Shown in pieces: positions 1 to 13,115 of a stretch of 64,000 nucleotides of DNA. A program made the translations under genes and the position numbers. Below the pieces are notes generated by a model. It was not told the DNA's origin. It did not search any database and worked only from the letters and a program-made list of their open reading frames with translations. Numbering within the stretch: the stretch's first letter is position 1; every line of letters begins with the position of its first letter. Source of the stretch: Chrysomallon squamiferum (Eukaryota; Animalia; Mollusca); contig CM022674.1 in assembly GCA_012295275.1 (NCBI GenBank), positions 9,672,001 to 9,736,000 on the forward strand. Direction: 5' to 3'.

Positions 1-298
1 TCATACCAGTTGTTTTAGTAATTATTGCTGTAAGTTCATACTGTTTGAATCTCCTTCATTCACTTACCAATCATTAGTCACAGTTTGTCAAATAAAAGAT
101 ATAGTTTAACTAGTTACTAATATATCGTTGCTTAAGACACAGCTGGAATTTAAATTTAATTTAAATTAAATACTTTAAAACAATTTTTTAAAGTGTTCTG
201 TGAAAGGAACTGAATTTTAAGATCAGAGGCATATTCATGTAAGTGACATATTAAAAGTTATTGATTAAAATTAAAACTAATTTTGTTTAATTAAAAAC

Positions 299-362
299 AA
301 TAACAACAACGATGATGATGATAATGATGATGATGACGATGATGATAATAAATAATAACAAC

Positions 363-410
<48 letters not shown>
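299..410. repeat. (GAT)n/(AAT)n microsatellite in globin intron
   Basis: Directly visible trinucleotide runs. Confidence 0.9.
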
Positions 411-413
<3 letters not shown>

Positions 414-447
414 CAAAAAGAATAACAACAATAATAAACAAACTTAC

Positions 448-623
448 CCAATAAAAGTAATTATTCCAACTTTTGATATATCCATTTCAACCTCCTTCCA
501 GGAATTTCTCAACAACATTTTCTGATGTTCATTTAACGGAACTGGTTTCATATTTAATCCATTGCATCGTGCTGCTATTTTTTTCAACGGCTGATGTGAG
601 CATGTGTCCTGAATTCCTCCCAT
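448..623 (-). CDS. Globin X-like globin, first coding exon (N-terminal extension + A and B helices); rest of gene is off the left edge
   Basis: ATG at 623 reads MGGIQDTCSHQPLKKIAARCNGLNMKPVPLNEHQKMLLRNSWKEVEMDISKVGIITFI(G). L..HQK.LLR.SW and DISKVGII.F match globin X A/B helices. The exon ends GG|gtaagt (donor 447-442), which is the conserved globin B12.2 intron position. Confidence 0.85.
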
Positions 624-1186
624 CACTGAGCACCAGCTTTTCCTGAATGGCTAGGTCTGACCGCTTCGCCGTCTCCCGCACTCGTTCATTGATCGTGCTG
701 GTCAATGGCGAAACACAAACTCGCAAAATGGAAGAAACTACGTGCTTATACACATATTTTTATTCTATCACACATCAGCACGATTATCGATCATATTCTT
801 TTGAAAAGTGAGGATCCACTGAAAACACGCTGCGGTGCAAACAAAATGTCTTTAGCGGTTTTGATGGTACTGAGATTATGTTTAATTTCTCGATGTTCTG
901 GTACTGTCATTGAACTTTAGAAGCAATAAAATTAATATTTCGTTAACAACTTTAAAATATTATTTAAGGAGATCACAGAACTGTTTTAACAGTAAAAGTA
1001 GCCAGTAAAGTAATTATCACATACACTTTTCTATTATGTCTTTTCTTGTTCATTATCTATCATTAATAAAGCTGTGTGAACTTTTAAAACACTGGTAGCG
1101 ATTTTTTTTTTTTTTTTTTTTTTTTTCGTTTCATTATTGTTTATTTACGAATAACTGAACTTATAATAATAATAATAATAATAATA

Positions 1187-1249
<63 letters not shown>

Positions 1250-1597
1250 TTATATATTTTCTTTCTTTTTTTTTTTTTCTTTTTAATGAGTTTTGTAGTG
1301 AACTTGTTATTTGGTAATGTAAAATGAAATCACTTTGTAATAAACAGTTGTCTTTGTCTGGCTTATATATCTTTATTCTTTCTTCTTTTTTATTTTCTTC
1401 TTTTTTCAAATTTGTTTATTTATTACTTTATTTTTATTTATTTATGGGGTTTTGGGGTTGTTGTTTTTTGTTACTATTGGCAAGGAATGAATGTGATTGT
1501 GATCACTGTTTAAAATACTGTAAACCCAACCTTTCATTTCCAATTTTATAATAAATGGTTATCAACAATATCTTATTTTCCAACACAACACTGCAGA

Positions 1598-1760
<163 letters not shown>

Positions 1761-2519
1761 GCGCTGTTTATGTTAATGTGTTTTTCTGAGTGTAAGTCTA
1801 TGTGTGTATGAGGGCGTGCGTGCTTCGTGTGCGTGTATATGTGAAAGACAGAGAGGAAATAAAAGATGCATGAGAAACTAATTTATTATTAAATACCAAA
1901 TTTATTTTCCTATATACAGTTCTATACAGCGTGTTTCCAAAAGAAATAAATATCATTTTACTAATATTATTAATCTTTATGACAAACATAAACATCGTGC
2001 TGATGGTTTTAATGGGGAATTATAAATAAATAACCAGATATTCAGCATAACACACAGTAAACAACTCAGTTAATAAAATAGATTCATTCACCCAGAACAC
2101 CGTAAAGGCCATGTCGTTAGCTTATAAAAAAAATACCAACCAACCAAACAACCAAACAAACAAAAGAAGAGCAGACAAACGTAGAATGCTGATGCATTTC
2201 TAAAAATTAAAAGGCGAAAATTTTAATGTTTATACTATTGTCAATGCCAAAATTAGTTTTGTTTTCCAGACTGATGAAGATATAGATGAACGCATGTCTG
2301 CGCTAGTGTATGTTTTGTTTTGTTTTTGTCAGCAATAAGACCGATTTCTGTTTAATTAATAACTTTTATACATTTCAAACCTCTGTCCCTGATGTCCATT
2401 TTACTATTATCAACAATAAAAATATTTACGATCAGTTTCAATGTGACTTGACTTCCTGGCAAAACAGAACAGAGTTAAGCTCGATGTTAGTTAGTGTTCA
2501 TCACACAGTATATAATTTG

Positions 2520-3000
2520 TCTGGGACCACTGGTTCATAGCCAAGATCTTTTTAGTGAAAACAAAATAAATTATGCTTATTGTCTGACTCGTATGGGTAT
2601 CCTATCAAAATTATTTCAGCAGACAAAAATATTATCTTGAAAGTCTGTGTTTATAGAAGCAGGTAAGGAACATCGACCCAACAAGTATACAGCGTAACCA
2701 CATTGACTTCTACCTTGACAAAACTGCATGAATTTGAACTGTAATTAAAATAAGTATATATCTGAGCCATTTTACAACGATATTAACTGCTATAAGATCT
2801 GCAAATGCATTCACTAATTTCTTCTGTTTTTGGCAAATACTGTTTGATAAAGATTGTCCCTTTGAATTCATTGTGATGTCTATGGACAACGATCCTTTGT
2901 GTACAGCAGTATTCTACAACTGTACTCATTTAGAATTAGATACGTTTTGAAACATCTGATCGTTATTGCTTGTAATGATGTGAAAAGTCATTTTTAACCC
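2520..3000 (+). mobile_element. Possible highly decayed 3' end of an L2/CR1-type LINE ORF2
   Basis: Frameshifted peptides occur in the expected order: LVHS..NYAYCL, H(I)TSTLTKLH, YKICKCIH, YGQRSFVYS..VKSHF. They resemble the L2/CR1 C-terminal motifs LVHA..DYCNSLL, HITP.L..LHWL, YKCLH, G.RSFSY..LKTHLF. Confidence 0.35.
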
Positions 3001-4929
3001 AACATCATGTCTGGTTTCTTAATGTTTCAGACGCAGAATTTGTGATAAAAGAATTTCCATCTGCTCAAAATGTGAACATCATACACAATAAATAGACGTT
3101 CCATATTCCTGGTGATGAGGAACTAGCAGAAATAGTTTTACTGAACACATTAGCAGTATTAGTGTATCTGTGATATAAAATATACATATATTACAACAGT
3201 TGTATTTATGGATACGAGTTTAATATAGAGAACATAAATATGTTTTTCTCTTTTTTTCTAGATTTTCCATCTTAATTATTTGCATTAACCAGAGCTGTTG
3301 TATGAACTGCATCAGACCAAGTGAGTAACTGAGGTAATTATCAGTGGAATTTTTCAAAATAAATCAGTTAAAAAACTGAAACCGAATATTTAACTGCTAA
3401 AATATTTGTACTAGATAAATAATAATTTAATACCCAGTACGGTTTTAAGAAGGTTGTTTTTATTTGAAAGTTTACTTTACTGTTGCTGTTGATGATGTTA
3501 ATGCTGTTGCTGTTATTTTCATGTAAGCTTGTAGGATGACGATATACAAATACATTACCTTTCCAGTGGTTATGTCTACATATTCTGCAAACTGAAAACA
3601 CTCGGCTTTCTCCTCGATCGAAGACAGTTGTTCATTTATGTTCATTACCAGCAGCGCACTGACACAAGCTGGATACATCTGCAACTAAAATATTCTATTC
3701 ATAAAATGAAATAAAATAAAATGAAATATCTCAGTAACCTAGTCGTCTAACATTCAAAAAGATTTATGTGTGTATATATTATACATTATATATTTATATT
3801 CATATTGTAAGTAAATTTACTGTAAATGGTACTTCTGGCTTGTTATTTTGATCATTCCTAAAGGCTGTTTTATTAAGAAGCATAACAATCACTGTTAAAT
3901 AGAAATAACGCCAAAACTTTCTAAAGATTTACTGATCCCATTACGTATATGTAGATGAAAGGAATATCGTTTTCTATAAACATTTTACAAGACTGGAAGA
4001 TAATCGTTACTCATTTGTTTTAATACTGGTTTTTGAAACTGAAATAACAGAGTGATCTGTCTGTATGTTATCTAAATTTAAATTATAGCATGGTTCAAAA
4101 GTCATATCCTTTATTTCTCTTAAATCTGATATTGTTTTTAGGTTCGTAAGGAAATACATTTTTAGAGGGAAAATGCTGGTTTTGATTGTTTGTTTGTTGT
4201 TGAAGTTCTTGGGGGTTTTGTCGTTTTTTTGTAAAAAAAAGTTGTGTTTTTTTTTTTTGTGTTTTTTAACGCTGGCTGGACAGCGATGTTTACGTGTGAT
4301 AAAACGTATTTACGAGTCCTGGTCTAGTGGCCATGTGACGCGGCTGTCAGTAACGTGTAGCAGAGAGTAGCATACATTTATACCTGTGTTTTACAAACTT
4401 CATGATGTTAAAGTTAGAAGAATTAGGACATGCATTAAATTACCCAAGTTTATATTTACATAGCCAGAACAACTTGAAAATATGATTACTTTCATGTTAG
4501 ATTAAACGACGAAAGACTTCTTTTTTCTAATAACATGTCATATCACTATTTTAATTTTCTTCTTTTTATTTCTTTACTGTTTGTTTATTTATTTATTTAT
4601 TTGTTCTTTTATTCTTTTATTTTTAATTACATTTTATTATTAATGTTTTATTAAATAGTGGGTGTTTTTCTACTCCAAATAACGTTCAAAATTAACTGTA
4701 TAATTTATTAGAACATACTCGTTTTACAAATATTCTAAATTTCACTCTCTAAACACATTTATGTTCACTTACGTCCTTTACAGATGCATGGAATCATTAC
4801 ATCATATTTTATATTCACCTGTATCAACTTTCCATAATAAAATGTGTACCAAAATGAATTTAAATAAATAAAAGAAATGTGTACATACTAAAATGAGGTA
4901 AAGTGAGACACAGTTCTGGGTGATTACTC

Positions 4930-5064
4930 TGGAAGCTACAGCTATGTAATGGGTGAATGGTTTCTTGTAATGATCTGAAAAGCGAGGTCACGTCGAAGCA
5001 GTGAATTGCCTCAGACTCTGATTTACCTGCAATAAACAAACACGTTCTACTGGGCTTCATACAG
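4930..5064 (+). other. Candidate non-coding first exon / promoter of the SLC52 gene
   Basis: CpG-containing block ending in a cag|gtttgt donor at 5064/5065. A matching acceptor (ttttcag|) lies at 5768, 19 nt before the ATG. The start coordinate is a guess. Confidence 0.4.
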
Positions 5065-5631
5065 GTTTGTTTTCTTAATTCAGCTAGTTACAGTTTGTCT
5101 TTTTTATTTTTTAGTGTTTTTCAAAGTAAATTTGACCTACCTTTGATCAGTATTAATTTTGTTCTGAAATGTGAATTTATTTGGATATGTTGTTATTTTG
5201 GTTTTCGTGTTAGTTTCGTTTACCATTATTAACATTAATATAAAAATAATAATTCATAAAACGTAAAATAATTTTTAATAAAATGAATTAACTGTTGATA
5301 TTACAGAAGCTAAAGACTTGAAATATGTTTAACTATCACTCAGACTGAGCATTAAAAATATTATTGTTCAGTATAAAGCTCACTGCTTATTTACACTGGA
5401 TTTTCATCGATTGGAATAAGAACACTGACAGGTATTTAATCTACGTTGTGAAAGTTTTAAATAATTTTTCTTCTACTGTTATTATCGTTTTTAACCTTTC
5501 ATGAAGAAAGATGATATAGTTTCCTGATGATGATAATTATTAAAACAATGATAATGATGTATATCTGTGTTTATGAGAAAAAAAGGAAGTTTGGATTTTT
5601 GGTGTAGTTAATAATATCGAGTATTAATGCT

Positions 5632-5637
<6 letters not shown>

Positions 5638-5702
<65 letters not shown>
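5638..5702. repeat. (GT)n microsatellite
   Basis: Directly visible. Confidence 0.95.
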
Positions 5703-5704
<2 letters not shown>

Positions 5705-5787
5705 ATTTATTTTTGGCATAAGTCAATTATGTTTAATTAAAACTATAAACTTTGAAACATATTTTCAGTTGTTGCACTCACTGAACC

Positions 5788-7008
5788 ATGACTTCATCTC
5801 TCACCAACGCATACAAGAATCTGGCAGGTTCACATGCTGTTATACACATACTGTGTTGTGTCTTAGGCATTGCATCATGGGTAGATCTGGCTGGCGTGAT
5901 GTTGGAGCAGCCTATTTTAATTACAACTTTGCCAGAAGAGCAAACTATATCCAGCATTCTGAATGTCATCGTTCAAATGGCAAACATTGGTCCATTGATT
6001 TTCGGAATTTGTGTGTGCATTTTACCGAAGAGAAAGATCGAGATTCCCACGACGTGCATCATCATTTTAGTAGGAATCGTGTCGTGTGTTCTGCTTTCTT
6101 TTTTCTGGGACACGACGACTCACATAGGCGGCGTGCTCCATTCCAGTGCCCTGTTTGTCCTCTGTTTCACTCTAGCGTTCGTCGACTCTACCTCAACTAT
6201 AGCTTTTTTGGCCTTCATGGCGATGTTCCATCCAGTCTATCTGCCAGCGTATTTCGTTGGAGAAGGATTGAGCACATTTCTGCCATCCCTCGTGGCGCTA
6301 GGACAGGGGTCTGGTAACATCAACTGTGTCAATATGACTTTCAAAGTGTCAAAAGAAATCGCTGGAACTCTCTTTAATTTTTCCATCAATCGTGAAATTC
6401 CAGTGTTCGACCCTCCAAGAATATCAGTTCAAACATTCTTTCTCGTAATGGCTGGCTTTCTCTGCCTGTCTCTCCTAGCGTTCACCTTTTTAATGTTATT
6501 TCCTCTGTGTGAAGTTTATAGTGACGCTTACGTCGATGTTTCAGGTAATGATGACATTGCTCACCATACACATGACGCAATGTATCTCGACAAGATTCGA
6601 ACACAGAACCCTATCAACACGCGCAATATGAAACCAGCAAAACAGAGGAACGTTAATAACACAGATTCTGCGTTGAAGAATCGGCCGGAAGTGGACATCT
6701 CGTTTGCTCAATGTGCTTCTTTGCTCATTCAGGTGTCCTGGCTGATGGCTTTGCTCGGACTTTTCCTTTCTCTGTCACCCTACTTCTCAATGCCTTTCGG
6801 TCTCAAGTTCTATCATTTGGCCAATACTCTCTCTGCCATGTCTCTGGCAGGAGGTTCTCTCTTCTACTTCTTGGTGCCCATCAAGTCACACATCGTCGTC
6901 GTCGTGCTCACTGTGCTGCACACTGGGCTTTCAGTTTACTTCGTCTACATGGCGGCCCGGAGTCCTCATCCACCGCTACTTCACAGTGACGCTGGACCAC
7001 CTCTACTG
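5788..7008 (+). CDS. SLC52A3: SLC52-family riboflavin transporter-like protein, coding exon 1 (407 aa)
   Basis: Motifs SWV...E.P....LPE, VIVQMANIGPL, FVDSTS..FL.FM, YFVGEGLS.FLPSLVALGQG, YHLA and MAA.SP.PPL match RFVT/SLC52 proteins; many hydrophobic TM segments. Ends CTG|gtaact (phase 0). The symbol is family-level only. Confidence 0.9.
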
Positions 7009-7110
7009 GTAACTAAACAAATTCATTCGAACAGAAGATCAATATCTATAATTTAAATGTAGATACTAAACCGTCAGGTGAATCTTAAAATCATCATCGC
7101 CATCATCATT

Positions 7111-7142
<32 letters not shown>

Positions 7143-8118
7143 ATGATTATTATTATTATTATTATGTTGTTGTTTTTTTTTTTTTTTATTGTTGTTGTTA
7201 TTACTGTAGGTAGGTAATCATGGATTTAAATGTCATCATTTAGCGGTAATAAATTATCTAACATTACCTCCAACAAATGAGTTTATCTCCATTCTAAAAT
7301 CTGTTTCAGTAGGCTAGCGAGAAACAGTGAATGGGTAGAATATATCCATTTTACAGTGGGTTTATTATTGAAAAGGCATTGTTGACGGTAAATTAATACT
7401 TTTCTTTTTCAAATTGTTTAAACATATAAACAATAATAAATAAAAAAATTAATTTATCCCAATAGCAAAAAAAATGAAAAGATCTTTATAAATTTACAAA
7501 AATTTCATCTGAAAGAAATAATATGTGGGGGTGCTTTAAATCTAAACAAGATAGGACTGGTTATTTTGGAGCGAAGCAATAACAGTAACCAATTTCTGTT
7601 CTTAAAAGTGTTAATAATTACTTGAATTATTTTGTAATGTTATGCTGAATATTTCCACTATCCTTATGTAAGAACTACTAGGTGAGAGTGTATTAAGTTT
7701 AAAGATGCTAAAACTGTTGAAATAAATAGCTTACAGCAGTAATTTTAACGAACATTATTCAAGAATTATGATGGAATATATGAAATCATAAACAAATATA
7801 GATAGACGTCATTTCACAAATAACGAAATTTCCTGCACAAATAAACTGACCTAATTGAATGAGAGGTAGGAAATGAAATTTAGAGATGATTCATCGATAT
7901 TGACTTATTTTTCTTAAGTCATGGTAGAATTATAAAAAATTATACAGTTCCATCTCATATAACACATCAGTTTGAATATGTGAATGTTGCTGAAAAAGTA
8001 ATAATTCTATTTAGAAAATTTCTACATCAGACTTTGTTCTTTGTTTCATTGTCGTTATCATTATTTTTATAGTTGAAATTGACTTTGCAGACACTGATTC
8101 TGTAATTTCTTTTTATAG

Positions 8119-8319
8119 ATCACACTTTCTATCTTGATTGTTTTCATGTGGACATTTCAAAGAGTAACCATCATCGGAATACTTCGTCCAATGGGTAGGC
8201 GGATGATGATATTGGTGGGCGTGGCTATACAGCTTGGCAGTTTGATTGGCGGAGTCATAGGTTACCTGTTAGTTAACGTGTTCCACCTGTTTAAACAAGC
8301 GGAACCGTGTTCTCGTTAA
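8119..8319 (+). CDS. SLC52A3: SLC52-like transporter, last coding exon (66 aa; protein 473 aa)
   Basis: Acceptor ttttatag| at 8118, phase 0. Reads ITLSILIVFMWTFQRV...GVAIQLGSLIGGVIGYLLVNVFHLFKQAEPCSR*, matching the SLC52 C-terminus (Q.GSL.GA...LVNV..LF...C). Confidence 0.9.
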   Translation: MTLSILIVFMWTFQRVTIIGILRPMGRRMMILVGVAIQLGSLIGGVIGYLLVNVFHLFKQAEPCSR

Positions 8320-8625
8320 TAAAATGTTTCGTTGTATTTATTATGTTATTGCTAAACCATAGTTGACATCGGAATGAACTTTTACAAACCGAATAGCAAA
8401 TAAAATATAATATTAAATAAATAAATAAATAATGCAATCTCATATGATGTCCATTATCATATATAAAAATAATAAACAGTAAAAACGTTAAGCCTGACTG
8501 GTTTTGTATTAAAATATGAAAGTGGAGGTAGCTGTTAATTAGAAATGTTAATAGTAATGAATGAACATTTCCTAACTTTATTTTATTATAAGATAACTGT
8601 TATTTAATTATTGTAAATTTTAATA

Positions 8626-8677
<52 letters not shown>

Positions 8678-8895
8678 TTCATTATTGTTTTATGATTGTT
8701 ACAAAAATACATTGTACATACATTCCTCACAGTTTATAAGCACACATATATATACATACATATGTAAGTACACTTAATAAAATAAAGTTACGTAATTATT
8801 TTATCACGTAATTGTTATAAGTAACAGTATCATATTTTACTTTTTTCTTTTATTTGTTTTATATATACCTCTTTTTTCTCTTCTTTCTTCTTCTT

Positions 8896-8926
<31 letters not shown>

Positions 8927-10038
8927 TTATTATTATTATTATTATTTTATATATCCGATTTGAATTAATAAATAACAAAGGACACTGGTGGTGATATTGT
9001 TTGACGTAATCATTAACAATATCAGTGCGACCTATACGTAAGACTCCAGTTGTAAAATGTATAATATGTTTTATAACAGTATTTATTTTATTATACTTTG
9101 TTATTAATGAGTAGTGGTCAACCCCAAAAATCCCAGTAACTTGTAAGTATAACAGTTCTTATAATTTATTTATTTATTTATGTATTTATTTATGTATTTA
9201 TTTATTTATTTACTTATTTATTTATTAGTTACAATTAAATCAAATTCTAATATCAAAGGGGCAGTACTCCTACACTATTTTACAAAAAAATCCATGAGTT
9301 ATGTTCAGATATCTATAAAGACTGAGTTACTGATTTTCGGGGGGGGGTCCCAACGATAATTATTCTTCAACGAAAATTTTCTAGATAATTATTTCTGTAT
9401 AATTATTGTTATTATTTTAAATAACAGCAATAAATAAATACTCCCTTTCCGATTATTTTTGATTTTAGAATTTCAGCATACTCCGAAGAAAATAGATAAA
9501 TAATTTCACAAAAAACATTTCTTTTACTTTGTTGGTTGCTTTTATTCTTAACTTTTATGTCGTTATTTTCTTATTCTTCATAAGTTATTATTTGTTTTGA
9601 TTTTTTATATTTCAATGCTCGAAATAATAATAATAAATTAATAGTAAAACACAATAGAGCTGTGTCTTTATTTTATTGTTATTAATGTAAACATGTAAGT
9701 ACATGCTTCAATAAAATCACAGCATCCTGTTTTAGCTGTCACTGGTTTATCGTTGTACAAAAGTGAAAATCTTTCTCTTAGAGATTTACTTCAACCAGTA
9801 GGTATATGTATATGTGTATGTGTTAAGCATAATTTCTTATGTAACAAAACAACAAAAAAGAACACACACAGAAACATCAAAAGTATTAATATGAAATTTA
9901 CATTAACCCATATATTATTTGTCATAAAAAAGAAAAAGAAATTGTTATACAAATAAAAAAAACAGAATCTAAATAATAAGGCAAACGATTTGAAAATAAT
10001 CAGTAATAAAAATGTTTTAAAATAATTATTTTATTTTA

Positions 10039-10078
<40 letters not shown>

Positions 10079-12289
10079 CCACACACACACACAGGATTGG
10101 TTGTTCACGTGTAAACATTATATATATGATTGTTCACTAAAAAAAAAAAAAAAAAAGCATATATATATATATATTTGCTAGGTATATGCAGTTCACCAGT
10201 AATATATAACAGTTGGATTTCTGGAGAATGCTGTTATTCACTGACTCCGTGGTATCACTTGTAACAATAAAATATCACTGTTTAGAGTTATTGCTGATGG
10301 ACGACAACCTCCATTACAAGTAGACGTAGTGACATATACGTCAGATAAGCCTACTTAACTAAGACGTAATATTACAGTGTTTTGCCAGTCTGTTTATCTG
10401 TGATTATAAGAATGTTACACCTGGTGAGATTTATAATTAAACGAATAGCTAAATAATTAAGATAAACGGTCATGAATAAATAATTAATCATGATGGAGAG
10501 ACAGCATTACTAACATTAAACTGAGGTGATAAATAGCGCCACCCATCCAACGATGAATAAATTATGATAAATAGGCATTCAAAAGCGCGGGAAACAAGTA
10601 AAGCCTATTGGCTGCAGCATGACACAAGTTATTATAACGATTCGTCAAGAAAGGTGTGACGGCTAAATAAAGCCGTGATGATGATGAGTTCATCTGTATA
10701 AGGGCTGAACCCTATCTTAACTTGTTGACAACTTGCTGCCATTGTTCGTTAATTGACGTACCCTCCAAATGTGAACAGGAGGCAAAATCCTCAGATGACA
10801 ATGAAGTAACAAACTAGCTATTCAGACTGGTGGTCTTTCATCTATTAACTGTCCGGGAGTCGGGTCCGTGTTAATTTTATTCGCATCCCCTGTGGAGAAT
10901 AAAATGGAAACATCTACGGGTGGATAACTAGGAAAGAATCACATTTGTACTTCAGTAACGATTTGATTTGCAGATACTGTTTTCAAAAAAGTCAATGTGA
11001 TTAAATCAAGTGAACAATTCTAGGCATCTGTTGAGGCACATTTCCAATTTTTCACTTTGTTGCCTAGAAAAAAATAAAAAATAAAAAAATAAAATAAAGG
11101 TTGATTTTCACTTGTTGTTTTCTATTGTTGTTTGTATCTCTTTTGACTGTATTTATTTGCTGATATAAAATGTATTTATTTAGTAATTTCTTTGTAAATA
11201 CATATCTGTACAGAATATTACTTTGTTTATTTTATCATCATCATCAAAAATATCGTCAATGCAATCAAATTTTTCTTCTTTTTGTTGTATTTGCGATCTA
11301 ATTATAAATATATATTTGTTTTGTTTATGTATTTATTTTTTAGTTAAAATATTATTGATGAAAAAGTAAATAAACAAACAGATAGATATTTATTCTTTTT
11401 TTAAATTTGAACATTCAAATTGTAGATGGCGCATTACAGAAGTTAGCGACAAATTGGTCTTGTCGCTGAATTATCACATTATATGGGTAGATAGCGAGGC
11501 TGCAGGGGGCAGATACACAGTCAGATTTTACGGCTTGGAAATATCTGTCTTGTTATTCTGTAATGGCACTCTCTGCGACCAAATTTCACCGCTTTACTGA
11601 TCAAAGAACTCGAGAAAAGAGGTAAAACCACAAAATACTAGCTATTGTTAGCAAAGTTGTTAGAATAGGTATTAAAAGGAATTTATTTTAATCAAACAAA
11701 ATCTAGTGAAATAAATATGACATGCTCTGATTACAGGTTTGCTCAGGCGATACCTTCACCTGACTGAACTTACTAAACAAAACACAACAGTTGTGTTTAT
11801 TCATATCTCAGTAATTAATAGAAACACACTAATTCATCAACACATTTCAGTTTATCACTGAGGTTATTCCTAATCTTGTACGAGCCAAGGCGACAGTCAT
11901 CTCTTTCTTCTTCTTTTTTTCACATTTTATCATACATTTATTTTTCTGTGATGAAATTTGTGACGCGACAGAGTTACAGCCTCTATAGAAGTTTTCTATA
12001 CGTGTAATAATAAAACATTGCTCTGATTCTTCCATCCAAATTCCAAAACAATTCCCCGTAACAAGGTTTTATTGAAAACACTTTTTCTTCCTTCCTCTTG
12101 GTTTTGTTAGGTAAAGGAAAGCAGCGATGTGGAAAAGAACGTCTCGCGCTAGAATTATATTCTGTCGGGTCATCTGTATAATATTAAACGAATCCATCGG
12201 CCTTTCGTGAAGGAGAATATAATCAATTTTTACTGCTCTCAAAAGTTAAATGCTTTCTTAGTTCGCGTTTTGACTCAAGTGCGTTTTCA

Positions 12290-12529
12290 TTGAAAAGGTA
12301 GCGCGCCATGGCGCCCAAAGCAAAATGGCGGTCGGGAGTGTCTATTGTTGTTCTTTATATTACCTGGATTTTCGTTCTATCTACACAGCAGGAGTGAGAG
12401 AATCGGCAGGCAGCAACAATACATCTATATCTCTAAACAAATGCGATATAAATAAAGCTGGATAATAAGTAAACGTGAAAAAAATTTAGATTTTGTAAAG
12501 CGAATTGATTGACTGCGGTTCTCCCGCCT
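12290..12529 (+). promoter_or_regulatory. Candidate distal promoter / non-coding first exon of Pax3/7
   Basis: CpG-rich island with palindrome GCGCCATGGCGC (12303-12314), YY1-type CAAAATGGCGG (12321-12331) and a gtgagt donor at 12530. An acceptor ttttaatgtag| exists at 15223, just before the Pax ATG. Confidence 0.35.
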
Positions 12530-13115
12530 GTGAGTAACTGAGTAACAATATGGACGACGTTCTCGAAAAGCCGACCGCTTCCAAATCATGTAGTGTCACT
12601 TTGTGAAAGAAAGAGAAATTTCACGGGATGTTTACAACAGTGTTAAAGCGAATAATAGAAATGTTGATCTTAAAAATGGACAGTAAAAAACTTTCTTATC
12701 TGATAAAGAATTAATTATAATTATTGCTAAAGTATCGTCAAATTTCGCTTCTCTCGTCATAAAAAACATTATAATAATTTTTTAATGAATAAAAAAATTT
12801 CATTTTAAAATGCAGAGTTAAACAATTATTTGTTATTCCAATTGGGCATTGAAGTTCCTATCACTGTAAATTTATTTATTAACTAAAAATTATAAGGGGA
12901 ACAGTTGATTATGTTTTAAGTCTGATGGCGTTAAAGAACAGTTTCTGATTATAATCATGAATTCGGTTATAATTATGAGGTGAATTGAAGCTCAGTGCCT
13001 GGAACGGGGTATAACCACTAGATATTGATGTCGAACGATCTAGCAGATCTAACAAAACTTAACTTGACTATATATATAGAGATACATCACTTACTAATTA
13101 AATAAGAAGTGATAA

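Noticed and set aside
529-753. 74-aa minus-strand ORF overlapping the globin exon
   Set aside because: GTG start, different frame from the globin, no recognisable motif; treated as leader sequence.
5637-6317. 226-aa ORF overlapping SLC52 in another frame
   Set aside because: Starts in a (GT)n repeat upstream of the splice acceptor; shadow frame of the real CDS.
7009-7056. C-terminal VTKQIHSNRRSISII of the 422-aa ORF
   Set aside because: Intron read-through; the family C-terminus is in exon 8119-8319.
12550-12606. Short ORF MDDVLEKPTASKSCSVTL as a Pax3/7 first coding exon
   Set aside because: Ends in a stop with no convincing donor; 15241-15307 gives the canonical LEG|QGRVNQ junction.
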